Positions 39,059 to 51,329 of a stretch of 64,000 nucleotides of DNA are shown here, one piece after another; the stretch's first letter is position 1; each line of letters begins with the position of its first letter. Source of the DNA: Basidiobolus meristosporus CBS 931.73. Taxonomy: Eukaryota; Fungi; Basidiobolomycota. Below the pieces are notes generated by a model, which worked only from the letters and a program-made list of their open reading frames with translations, had not been told where the DNA came from and made no database searches. The position numbers were made by a program, and so were the translations under genes. The stretch is from contig MCFE01000378.1 in the NCBI GenBank assembly GCA_002104905.1, positions 1 through 64,000 on the forward strand, given 5' to 3'.

Positions 39059-41230
39059 TCACCCATTTCTACTGGTCAAAAGTGGGTCATTTTCGTTGAC
39101 AGAGATAGTGCCATCCCTCAGGTAGTTGCTATTGTTAGACTCCACCTTAGAAAGAATATAATTGTAGTTGACCATCATGCCTAGTGACTGAGCGATTCCT
39201 TTCTCTACAAAGAAAAAACTGGTGAATTGAAATCAGATAACCTGGTTTATTTAGATCACATACCTGAGACGTCAGCTAGCCAATTAATCCTGTGCACACA
39301 AGCTCCATTGCGAATATGGAAGTTGGCTAGAAATCAAGTTAACTCTGTGCAGCAGTCAAATGAATAGCAGCATGTGGAGAATAATTACCAACTGGGTCAT
39401 ACGCTAGATAGCCTCGCTTTTGGCTCAGCAAATACCTGAAGACAAAGTTAGTACACAGCGAATCCAAAGACACCACTGTGTGGAGCCGACCTTGAGCATA
39501 GACGCATCAAGGGTTGCTTTACCAGCCCGGAAAGGTTAGGATCCTTGAACCAGTTGGTAGTTTGAATAATGTCCTATACAAAGAGGGCGTCTATTGAGCG
39601 CCATAGAATCTCTGCAAATGATACAACCTGAACCTTCATACTTGCAATATTTGGATAGGCTGTTTGGTGCCTAGAGCCGACAAGAGCTTTGCTTCCTCTG
39701 GAGTAATGAGGTCGGATACTTGTTGCGAGAACTGGCTGTTAAGCCATTGGCGGAATCTGGGGATAGGAGACAGAGTGCAGAAAGTATGAATGAAAGGGAA
39801 TTCCTTTTGAAGGGCTTCAACTACACTTTTGATCAGAGAATTCCCTAGCTCAATGCCAGACAAGCCACGCTGTGAGGTAATCGAGTAAAAGATGGCCGAG
39901 CGAATGGTTTCAGAAGGGTTTACATGGCTGGGTGAGGGGTCGTTCAAGATTTTCTGAAGTATTGTGTGAATATTTGAAAGCCTTGTAGATCCGGGCGTTA
40001 TCTTACTTGGATATTGTCTGAGATATCTGTCACAAGAGCTACTTGAACAAAGGCCAACGGATCATTTGGCATTCCTCGGTGAAAGAACCCGAAGCATCTT
40101 CTCCCACGACCAACACGCCTACCAATCATACAGTAAGCATCATGGATGTGCTACATACCTCACAGCTTACCTTTTCAAGTCAGTCCAATCCTGGAATCCA
40201 TGGACTGCCTCGTATTGAGTCATCTTCATCGAGAGTTAGTATGGCTGGGTTCAACAAAATAGCCATGTCCACAGCACCTTTTCTAGTGTTATAGCAGGAG
40301 AACTCCAGGTTATCCTTTGAAGCTCCAGGAATCCTAGCAACCAGGATTGAAGTTTCTCCATTAATGCATCAGACATTGAGGCAACGCTAGCACTCGACTT
40401 GTCCTGGGCCAAGACCTCCTATATCCACGACTGAGTAAAGTTCCAAAACCATCATTGGGTTTGCATTACCAGCAAGTCGCTCCTCATATCTATTAGGAAT
40501 CTCAATCCATTGGCAAGTCGGTAGACTTGATCAAAAAATCGGTTGTAGAGCGGGGTCGACGTCTGATTTAGAATCTGTTGGGTCCGTAGTAATGCCCTAT
40601 CTGTATTGCCCTATACCAGTGTTCGGTCAGTAAAGGCAGGGTGTTCTATTTCTAATCAAGTCTTACTAACTGCACGGTCTGACGCAATATTCATGTATTG
40701 CCCAGCGGCGCTTAGAATCTCATCCTGAGGTGCTCCTAATAATAGACATTTCAATTATCACCTGCCCTTTCGGATAGCCAAAGACGGATAGTACCAAGCT
40801 CTCTGCTCATACGTTTCAGAAACTTGAACTTCTCTGCCTAGAATGCGGAATGGAGTTAGGTGCTTGGCTGGATCGAATACTGCTTTGGGGTGACCTTGTT
40901 TAGGGATTCATATACTATCCAGCACTCATTTGTCATACTTGATGGAGCTAGACTTCTAGGGTTTTGCTTGAAGTGCGAGCGTAGCTGGTTAAGGATATGT
41001 TGAGCCCGCATCTGTCCATCCGACTCTCCTAAAGTGAACCCAGGGTATTGGCATTGTGTTGTATAACACTCATTCAACTATCCAGTATCAGGCATACCCT
41101 GTTCGACCACCTTGCCCTGATGTTGATTACCAAAATCGAGAGGTGCCTTTGCATATGTACGGCCCATTGCAATGTTATCAAAATGGGCTGATAGAGAATA
41201 CCGACCAGTTAGTGCATGCTGTAAAATGAT
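39059..41230 (-). CDS. MLYCD: Malonyl-CoA decarboxylase, many short exons; start uncertain
   Basis: AIFYSITSQRGLSGIELGNSLIKSVV; FCTLSPIPRFRQWL; NFHIRNGACVHRINWLADVS; GIAQSLGMMVNYNY. Confidence 0.88.
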
Positions 41231-42493
41231 CTACAAAAACAGAAGATTACCTTGATAGCGAGTGATATTAGGAGTTAAATGAATGGATTGAAATGAGAGG
41301 CCGAGATTTGTGAAAGGTACACGAAGCTGATATATAAATGTTTATATGTGAATGTGAATGGTAGATTGATATTGACTTGGATTGTGGATTATGATGAAAC
41401 AAGTGAGATCATAGCCTGACTGTGGGAAAATTTTGTAATTCGTAAACAATGAAATATTGATCTGGTTTAGCATGTACAATGTAACTACCAGCAGTTCAAA
41501 TGCGAGACACCACATGGATGCTGCCCAGAGGGCTCCCACACTAGGGTGTGCTGCTATCCCTCCAAATCATCCTCGGCAGTAACTGCGAAATACTCGGGTG
41601 TGGGGAGTCGGCCTGCCGATTCTCCCATGGGCTTAGTCATCAGCAAATCCTGGGGTATGGTAATATTCCTCTTTCGACTTCACCCAGCGCAAAGATACAA
41701 ACTGCCCCTTGCCGTGAAGTACTAGCTGTATGAATGCCATACTCTGTGATAGCACACCCTATGCCTATTTTCAACGTATCGTTCTTTTGGAACATCGTGG
41801 ATTCCGCTGTGCAAGGGGAGTTGTAAACAAAACTATATATGGTGGTCCCCCTTATTTATCCAGTTACTGATAATCCAACATCAACCCTTATCTCAATCAC
41901 TGATGGCCGGCTATTTGAAATCTAATTGATAATTAAGCTTGCTTAATACTTACCTGGTGATTCCTATTGAAGTGTGGAAGCCCATTGGATTGATTAGCTA
42001 GCGTATACTCATGGTGACTCAACCTCAAACAAACAAGGAAATTTTATTGTAGGGCAAATGGCATTGTGCTTGGAGAGGACAGTGCATGGAACAGTCGGAA
42101 CCGACATCTGAAGGGGAGACGATTTATATAGAAGATCAATGATAAGGCTAACGAGTTTAAATTGGTTAGACCTGGGTTGCCAGATCTGTCTCGGACTTGG
42201 ATATATCCAAGGCACAGCTACGACCACAATATATGCAGGTCGCTACTACTGTCCATCTCATTTGGAAATGGTTTAAAGGAGACAACCAAAGTAACACCAA
42301 TGACAAATTTATGACTGGTCACATTGGCTCTGCAGACCCCGCAATGGTACACTATAGCTTCTATGGTGTTGTGATTGGCAGGAAGGTTGATATACGATTT
42401 TTATCAATTCTACCTTGGTGACAAATGAAGATCAAGCAAACAAAATTGGTCTCGTTCTGATACACGTAGCAGTCGGCATGTACTAAGCTAACC

Positions 42494-43935
42494 CTACGTA
42501 CGTGCCCAGAGCTTTCGGTTCCGGACCAGGCGCAGAATTAAAAATATAGATCCTCCGATGAGCATAGCAATGCCAGCGTAGAGCATGACAGGGACATACG
42601 TGTTTCGTGGACGACTATGATCCACGATCACTCCGCCAACTGGGATTCCAATTAGATAGCCAAAGCCAGTAGAGGCATAAACCAGCCCAATTGTGGTGGC
42701 GATCTTCTCAATGCCTATGGTGAAGGTATCGTAAGTGCCGGGTTGGTTAGGTGCTACTCTTGGCCGTGGTCCTACTTACCGAAAAGCTCTGCTGAGACCA
42801 CCGGAAGCATGCTGATGTATCCTCCTCCGAAGAAGCCATAGAGAATGGCAAATGCGAAAACTGAGGAGAATGTGGTGGCGAATGGCCAAAACACCAATAT
42901 AATAAGGGAATCGAGCAAAACACAGAAGGAAATGGCGTTGATGCGACCGACTTTATCCGCGACTAATCCAAGAACCACTCTGCCTACTGCCGACGCTCCA
43001 TTAATGAACCCAGTAATCAGTGCCCCTTGGCTTGCGGTCATGCCTTTGAAAACTGCATAATCTAGATATCCGAGGCTTGATAAGTTCCTGAGGAACACAC
43101 GCTACAAAATTGCTACTTACTAGATACATGGAAGAATGGGATCATGTAGCCAATGCTCAAAACAAGTGCTCCGCTGAATAGCAGCTGGAAGTAGCGCTGC
43201 TTGAATAGACTTAGATCGATTAGGACTCCACGTGGAGGCAGTTGCAGTCTAGTCTTTAGGAGTGCAGAAGCAATGGCCAAAATAACAAACGCGCACATGC
43301 CAATGATCCGAAGTGTCCATTGATATCCAACCACATCTATAAGTTTCCTTGTGATAGGGCTGAGGGATAAACCACCAACGCCCGCGCCGGCGACTGCAAT
43401 GCCTGTGGCAAGACCCCGGTATTTTACAAACCATTGAGATGGAAGGCTCACGGCCGGGCAGAAGCACAATGAAGCACCGATTCCATACATCAACCCTTGT
43501 GTTAAATAAAGGTGCCAAGGCTGGGTAGGTAATATTCAAGTCAGTAGGTAGTAGTTTTTGATGAAAAAACGCATATTCTACCTGAGTGGCGAAGGAAGCT
43601 GCGATAAGTCCTCCCCCTACAAAGAAGCACCCAACAAAAGAGATCACTCTGTAGCCGTATCTATCTGCGAGGTGGCCCGTAAAGATGCCAAATATGGTCA
43701 TGAACGAGGTAGCGAAAGTGCCAACAAGCGAAAGAGTCGACATTTTGACTTTATGTTGAAAGAGGTCGTTGTAGTAAAAGGTTTGATACACACCGAAGGT
43801 ATAGGAGATCCCCAGGGTTACGAAGTGAATCAAAAAGCTGCTTAGAACTACAAACCATCCATAACCACCATCTGGCAAAGGAACCTCCTCATTTTTGAGA
43901 GTGAAGTCCTTCTTCTCTTCCGAAGGCTTGGGCAT
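42494..43935 (-). CDS. MFS monocarboxylate-porter family transporter (MCH4/MCH5-like), multi-exon
   Basis: PDGGYGWFVV, LADRYGYR, LPSQWFVKYRGLATGIAVAGAGVGG, GRVVLGLVADKVGRIN. Confidence 0.93.
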
Positions 43936-44920
43936 AATCTAATGGCCACACGTGAGGTGCGTATGGATTCGTTCAAGCGGCGGGTCACTTTCAAGGTACC
44001 ATCAAGGCCGAATATATAGTAGTTGACTCGGTCCAGCTAGCCTAACCGAAAAAAAGGCCTCGGTGATTCAGAAATTTTAAAGTTACACAATCTAGGAAGA
44101 TTTCGATTTTTCCTCTGAACAAGGCCAATTGCAAGTTCTGCAATGGTGAAGCTTAATCAAAATTGGTCGGCCAATCGTCGCTCTCGCGCATTTATCTTAT
44201 CACCCACGGTTAATCTCTTTGAATGGGCCTTGGCCCTATACGCGGAAGGGGTGACCATTCAGTACATATATATACGTGCTACATCCCTAACTCAACTACC
44301 CTTTTATCAGAGATTATCCTGGCCACCCATATATTTGTATGTTTGTTTGCAGACACTGAGCCACGCTACGGGCACTTCCGAAGAGTGGGCCTAGAGTGCG
44401 ACCCTTCAGGCAAATGGTATCGGTAGATGAATGATCATCTGATTCTGGTAAGAGTTGCTCTTTCGGTGATGGTCCCAAGTGGTGGCGGATCATGGTCTCA
44501 ATTAGGATGCCTTAGGTTCCCTAACTTAACTACCTGGATTGATCTAAATCTTCCTATTAAGCCAAGCAAGTTTGCTTATGCAGCTGACACATTCTACTTG
44601 AAATGGTCGGGTAATAGATCGCTCATAAAATAATGTGACTTTGCTGTGACTTTGATAGAGCCCACCTGAATCTACTCCATGATGCAGGAGTCAAAGCAAT
44701 GTCTGGTACATGCTATTTAAATAGCTTGGTATGTAGGAGACTGGTTTGTACTTCACTCAAAATTAAAAGCGAGTCAGTCTTCCGGTGTCCAAGCAGAGAA
44801 ACCGTATTCTTCTACACCGCCAGTTGCTAAGTTAAAGGTGCAATTCGACAAAGAGTAATATCGTGGAGGGAGAGTCACATACGGGAGAGCCTTTAAAAAC
44901 GCGTGGTTGGATCTCATGTC

Positions 44921-46272
44921 ATGGGTAACGAACCTAGCAAACAGTTGGTAAACCTCCCATTGGGTTACCGTAAACGTGGGAAAACTCAGCCGGTGTCCAT
45001 TCATTTTCCTCACAATAATCGAGAAAACAGTGAATACGTTCGTGATGTACACTTGGTCATGCTGTCGTCTTCACCGGAAAGTGAGGAAGAGGAGGAGGAA
45101 GAGAGAATCGGCACTGAAGATGACCGATACATATCCAGTCACGAAGAAGGTTCACTGGATAAACTGGCGGAATATGGCATTGAGGCTTTCACGTTCACCA
45201 ATCTAGATTCCTTGATAAACATTAGCCTCTGTTCTAAAGGGTTGATTCGCCTGTCGCGCAATATAGGCCACCTTAGTAATTCCCATTACTTCCAGCTGTA
45301 AGCAAATATTCTATTACGAACGTTAGCACGAGTGTCAATTAACATTGTTCCTTTAATAACGAGTATAGCTGCTGCAACAAACTACGAACAGTGCCTCTAG
45401 AGATAGGATACCTCCAGCAGCTGACCATTCTTGATCTCTCTAATAATCAAATAGAGACCCTCCCGGAGACACTAGGATTACTCACTGCTTTGGTGGAGCT
45501 GAAGTTATCCGACAATAAGTTACGAACTCTGCCTCGTTCTATGGCTGCGTTAACACAGCTATCGGTGCTTAGACTAAACAACAATTCCTTTCAAGAGATT
45601 CCGCGGCTTGTAGGACATCTTACTAACCTAGTGAATCTCGACGTCGCCAATAACAATATAAAATACCTGCCAGCAGAAATCACTCGACTACCGTTTCTAA
45701 GAAGAATCTGGGTAGATGACTGCCCACTCATTACAGAGATCGACAGCTTCACTTGCCAGCCCAGTTCAAGTCCCCAAAGCCTTCTCGAGGCCTCGGCACG
45801 CTCCATCATCCGGAACAGACTGCCTGTTCACAAGTACGCACCAAAGCGTATACTGAATTATTTACAATCCGCCAAGACGTGCACATATTGTGGAGGTCCA
45901 TTTTTTGAGTATTCAGTCATCAGGGCCCGGATGCTCGAAAAGAATGACCAAGCCATACCTATTGTGTATTACTTATGCGAGGCTCATTGGAATACCGATG
46001 CTGAGCGGGTGAAGCTATTATTCTGTCAACGAGCCGGGAATTCCCACAGAACCTATGCCAACTCGACCAAGAAGAAGAAGGGGTCACAACGTAGTGACTC
46101 GGATAGTTCCATTCCACAGCTGCCGCCATTGCCCTCCCACTCGTCCCGGTTTTCTACTCTGATTGCTGGTCGCCGACTGCTTCGCAAGAGTCCTCTCTTG
46201 CAAAACCAGAGCCACGCCAATCCTGGTGGTGGCAATTTAACAATGGCTGCGACTACTGAATTTGTTGCATAG
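44921..46272 (+). CDS. Leucine-rich repeat protein with an LRRC58-like C-terminal region, 2 exons
   Basis: MGNEPSKQ start; LxxLxLxxN repeats (LTILDLSNNQI, LVELKLSDNKL, LSVLRLNNNSF, LVNLDVANNNI); C-terminal PQSLLEASAR...CTYCGGPFF...YYLCEAHW. Confidence 0.85.
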
Positions 46273-47523
46273 AATATACCCTATAGATCCTGGTGGGCTC
46301 TACTATTGGAGAGTCCCAAATCTCTCAATATGCGATTTATTGTTGGACTTTTGTTTTCATGGGTAATAAATATGCTATTATGTTGGTTATACATCAAGTT
46401 TTGGATATATGCTCTTTAATTGGATATAGTAGGCCCACGTGTTTATCCAGTTCATGTTCATCAGGGACTAAACAAACCAACACATGGTGTATTTCATCGA
46501 TGTAGTCTCATAATTGCAAATTAGCGCTATTGCACTCAAGCCACATCACTGTTACCAATGCACTGCACTTGGATATCTTTAAATCAGATACAGTAATCCC
46601 ACCCAGACTCCCCCAGAGACCTCCAAACCTAGCCCCTATCACTATTTTTAGTAGTGTAGATACTGTATTTCTACCAGTTGCTTATCAAGTGATGATTCAT
46701 AAGTCCAATGCACTATATTTGTCTTCTGTAGCTATATGTTTGGTCTGGCCAGCCAAAATTCTGTCTAGTTCTAGCCTTGATGCTCTTGAAGTATCAATGA
46801 TGGAACCCAGGGAAGCTGCCTCTTAAGTACCATATTATTGTTTGGTTAACAATACTACCAATACAATGCAATTTGCATGGGTGACATTCAAGTCCACCTC
46901 CATGTTCTCAACGCGCACATGATTGTACTCCCTTTATTAGATATGAAAAGGGCTGGCGCTTATTCTACCCAGGGCACCAAGTAATACACTCACTGGGCCT
47001 AACTGTCTTCAGATCACTTGGTGCATATTCCTGTTTCATCATGATAGCACAAATATCTACATGTAGCATATTCACAGCTAGATACTCCCATGTATTTACT
47101 GATTATCCTATAGCTCCAAACCATATCAGTTCCCTGAACCAGAGTCATGAACACCAGTCAAATATGCATGACCATAAGAATGAATATCAGGGCCTTCTGA
47201 TTGCACCATCTCCAAAACCAAGATCTGCATAAAGTTGCGTAATTCTCATGAAGCACTATTCCCGCCTTCTTTGGACAACGCTGCCGCAGCCAATTGTGTG
47301 AATCTGCCCTAAAATGGCCACATTGATACGAGTTCCCATAATCGATGACAAGCGCTTTATTTTTGGTAACATTCAACCTTTGCTCTCCCCCAAACTGACA
47401 TGCCATCGTTCCACCAAGATTCTTTGTATTCGTAGTACCGTCACTTGTATTGTACGTTGCCATAGCATCTATCATCATCTGTAGTACAGCTGGTTGAATA
47501 CAAGTGGTCCATAACTAGATACC

Positions 47524-48636
47524 TCAGTTGCCTGTTTCAAGCCATGGGATCTCTTCTGCACTGTACTTGTAGGCACGGAACAATGCATTCGATTCGTGTT
47601 TGAATACTGATAGCTGTGGCACCTTGTACTTCGCAAAGTGGGGATTGACATACTCCCAGCACAGCTGACCATCCTTGGTGACCTCAAAGATACGACCAAA
47701 GGCTGCTTCAGTGATAAGGGTATTGCCGTTTCCTAAACGCTGAGCACCACCCATGAAAGGTGTGAAGAACGCTTCCATTTGTGGATCCCTATACTCCCAG
47801 ACAATTTGCTTGGTTTCGCGATCCACCTCGATAATACGAGAAAAGTTGACGCTCTCTCCAGTCCGGAACGCTCCATTGTCAAAGATCAAGATGTTGCCGT
47901 TATCAAGCTCGTTGGCATTGTGTTGCTGAGCAACCACGTTAGAGTCTAGATGCCAGATGACTTTGCCGGTGCTTCTTTCAATGATGATGACCGCCGATAC
48001 GCTGCGAAGACTGGCCAGGATGTTACCGTCCTTGAGGGGGTAGACGGTGTTGATCAGTGGCCAATGCTCCCGAGGATAGTGGGCCTGCAATGGGAAAGTC
48101 TCCTTTGGTAAATGTTCGAATGCTCTCCAAGACCAGATCTCATTGTTGTCAGCATCCACTTCCTTGATGATATCACTATAAACCTTCCCTCCTGGTGCTT
48201 CCGTACCAGGTACTCCGCCTAGTACCCTTTGGGCATCTTCATCGGATAGCTCCTCCAAGGTTGTATACAGTATATTGCCATTATCTTGGTGGTGGGCGTC
48301 ATGATGGGCGTAAGGATCCTTGTGTTCACGAACGATGTTTCCTTGGGGATCGACCTGTAACATCGCTCCTCCGCGATACTTTTCCCAGAATAAGAACAGA
48401 TGAGGCTCATCGGGTAACGCCCCGTTAACCGCCAGGTTTCCATTAGCTAGGATGCGGGCATGTCTACCGGGACGATAAGGAAGTTTCCATTGGTGTACCT
48501 GGTTGCCGTCGTTGTCGACGAGATAAACAGAATCTGGGGAAGTAAGAGGGGCAAAGAGGGTATATCCAGGAAAGACCTGCTCTTTGTCAACACCGATAAG
48601 GCCAACACCGCGACGACGAAGAGTATTTTGTTCCAT
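47524..48636 (-). CDS. Arylsulfotransferase-like (ASST) beta-propeller protein, intronless, no signal peptide
   Basis: Single 370-aa ORF; PGYTLF, VHQW, AHHD, INTV, QQH, ILIFDNG, GAQRLGNGNTLITE, WEYVNP, FRAYKY. Confidence 0.82.
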   Translation of the reverse strand: MEQNTLRRRGVGLIGVDKEQVFPGYTLFAPLTSPDSVYLVDNDGNQVHQWKLPYRPGRHARILANGNLAVNGALPDEPHLFLFWEKYRGGAMLQVDPQGNIVREHKDPYAHHDAHHQDNGNILYTTLEELSDEDAQRVLGGVPGTEAPGGKVYSDIIKEVDADNNEIWSWRAFEHLPKETFPLQAHYPREHWPLINTVYPLKDGNILASLRSVSAVIIIERSTGKVIWHLDSNVVAQQHNANELDNGNILIFDNGAFRTGESVNFSRIIEVDRETKQIVWEYRDPQMEAFFTPFMGGAQRLGNGNTLITEAAFGRIFEVTKDGQLCWEYVNPHFAKYKVPQLSVFKHESNALFRAYKYSAEEIPWLETGN

Positions 48637-49706
48637 AATGATTACTGGGAATTCGAGTGAGATGTAGAAAGGGGTAGCCAGACCGACGAATTTATATTCG
48701 GAATCTGGTATTTGACATGCCTAAAATTGCGCAAGACAAGCGCAACCCTTGCGTGATGGAAATGGCACTTATCACGCAATTAGCTCGAGCGTTGGTACAA
48801 TCCGCGAATTAGATGAATGATAATCAGGGCAAGAGTAGTCGACCTCAACAAAACATCTAGGAGGGTGCTATATCAAGTACCCAAAATGATCGTGGTGCCT
48901 ACCTTGATGTGTGTTCAACTGTTCAGATTTCCTTCCCTCTTGGGTCTTTTTGTCATGGTGACATCAGTCCCGATACTTCCATGCACACCTGTGAGATGTC
49001 AATAAGGTCAAGAAACCTATAATCTTTAGGAATACTACCAATGCCATTAAGCATACCACGGCCATTACAAGTGGGGCGATATTACGGTTGTGGTATCAGC
49101 AAACTTTGTATAGCCCAGTTTCATGCTCATGGCTCGAGACCAAATGTTTCATGGCTTCAGGAATGCTGTAATATTACCAAATTCTAACAAGCTCTATCCA
49201 GACTTGATTCCATCAGCTCTGTGGGGATCCTAAACTATTCAGGCCCCACATCCACATTGCTTTTGCCAATCTAACTCATATTTCACTCCTATAAGACAAG
49301 TATCCATTTGAGTAACAAAGTCATTTCCTATGAACATAATGGTGTTTGTAGTCTTTAAAGGCCTAATGTTGAGCTTTGAGTATTGGTATGCGCAGCCTCA
49401 AGGGCATAGGAATCTGCTTTAGCTTGTTAATGCTGAAATATATTTTCCTCAGTGTTCTAAATAAGGAGGCAGTGTTGCCCTTTTGCCAGCTTGATGGAGA
49501 AAATATGGGGCCTTTTAGAGAAGTCAGATATACTGATAACCTCCAGGCCTTCACTGATTTTAGAAGGTAGTCAATATCCTAGAAGCTCAATTTTAAGAAA
49601 ACAACTCAATAGTTGAATATAAGCTAAATAGAGTTTATATTATATGAGTGGTTTAGGTGCAAGATATATACTAAAAACATGATTATTGAGCTAAAGTACT
49701 TGTATA

Positions 49707-49791
49707 TGTTGTAAGAGATTGCAAGACATTGGAAGTCATTGGAAGAACAAGTTGAGTATGTGGTTTTCACTTAATGATGTATTGGGTGTAA
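49707..49791 (-). repeat. 85-bp fragment of a copia LTR abutting an oppositely oriented LTR
   Basis: TGTTGTAAGAGATTGCAAGACATTGGAAGT matches the LTR terminus; breaks at TGTAA. Confidence 0.8.
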
Positions 49792-51310
49792 TGTTATAAA
49801 TTTGTAATTCCACCTCAATATTCACCTGACTTGGTCACTTAGATTGTTACCTACAAAACTTAGAGAATACTGATCAAATTCATTGTTGGGATTTACCTGA
49901 GACATTTTCACCAAAATATCAAGTACTCAGAGCATGAAAATTAGATAAGTTATCCAGACAGCCCCAATCTTTGCACACATATTCTTGGGACCTTCCTAAG
50001 CCTATCCTATAGGCTTGTAATGCCAAGACCATGAAAAAGTATCAATACTACTTCTACATTCAACAAATCATTAAGTGAAAATCACATAATCAACTTGTCC
50101 TCCCAATCACTTCCCATATATCCAAGACTCTTGCAGCAGGTTATGAGCCCCAAGCTGTCACTTGCTGCAATATCTACTACTGCTATTACTAAAGTCTTTC
50201 CTTCTGCTGTAAAGGTGGATGGACTTAACCACCAAGTGTGGATAGTGAAGATGAAGATGCTGCTACAAGAAAGCAGCCTTTGGGATATTGTCATGGGAGT
50301 AGAATTCCCTCCAAAAGTGTGCACCAGGAGGCCACCAAGTATCAGAAGGAAGAACAAAGTGCCTTTAACTGCATTTGCCCCAATGTCAAACACATATTGC
50401 TAATTCAATGCTTGAGAGCAAAAATGGCAAAGAATGCCAGGAAGGCATTAGAAGACACTTACCAGTCATGTTCAGCTGCTAAGAAAATGTATCTGAGAAA
50501 AAATTCTTTATTACAATGATGATCCCAGGAGAAGAAATGAAAGATCTAATTGACTGAGTCACCCTGCTGATGGATGAGACTGAATCTGTGAGCATACCAA
50601 CTATTGATGAGGATGCAACAGTTACCATCCTGAATAGCCTGTCAGACAGGTTTTAGGGCCTTGTATCAGCCCTAGAGTCCAGAAATGAAGATCTGACCTT
50701 AAATTATGTACATGGAAGGCTCTTGCATGAAGAATTAAAAAAATCAAGTGCCAATAAGAAGGAAAAAGAAAATGCTTTAATAAGCAACAATAGCCTATAA
50801 ATAAAGTACACAAGATCCTTCAAAGGTAATAGCAACCTGTTTTGCAACTACTGCTAAAGTAAAGGACACACATCTGACCAGTGCCTTAAAAAGAGAAAAA
50901 ATCAGCAGAAAAAGCCTGAAAATGGAAATGCCACAACAGCAGAAGATACACTATATATATCTGCACTCAATATAACCACAAACAAGAGTTCTTAAACATG
51001 GTATACTGGCACTGGAGCATCTCAACATTTCACACACCAAAAAGAACTTTTTACCCAATATCAAGAAATTTCAATTAAGATGGTTTCATAGGTGTTAATA
51101 GAACACTTGATGCAGTTGGCAAAGGAAACATCCAAGTAAGCCTTAGAAGCAGTGAAGAAAGCCACACACTTACATTCAAAGAAGTACTCCAAGCACAGGT
51201 AATAGCCAGGGATCTACTATCTATCAGTAAGTTCACAGCAGAAGTACTCTGTTTCAATTTTGACAATTCTTCATGTATGATCAAAGCTGACCAAAAGAAA
51301 TCTGGCATAC
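49792..51310 (+). mobile_element. 3'-truncated copia copy: 5' LTR (49792-50138), PBS (50139-50150), decayed gag, zinc knuckle and protease
   Basis: LTR ends CTCTTGCAGCA then GGTTATGAGCCC; VWIVKMKMLLQE; FCNYC*SKGHTSDQC; WYTGTGASQHF; right end approximate. Confidence 0.9.
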
Positions 51311-51329
51311 TTTGGTAAAGTTGTTCTGA

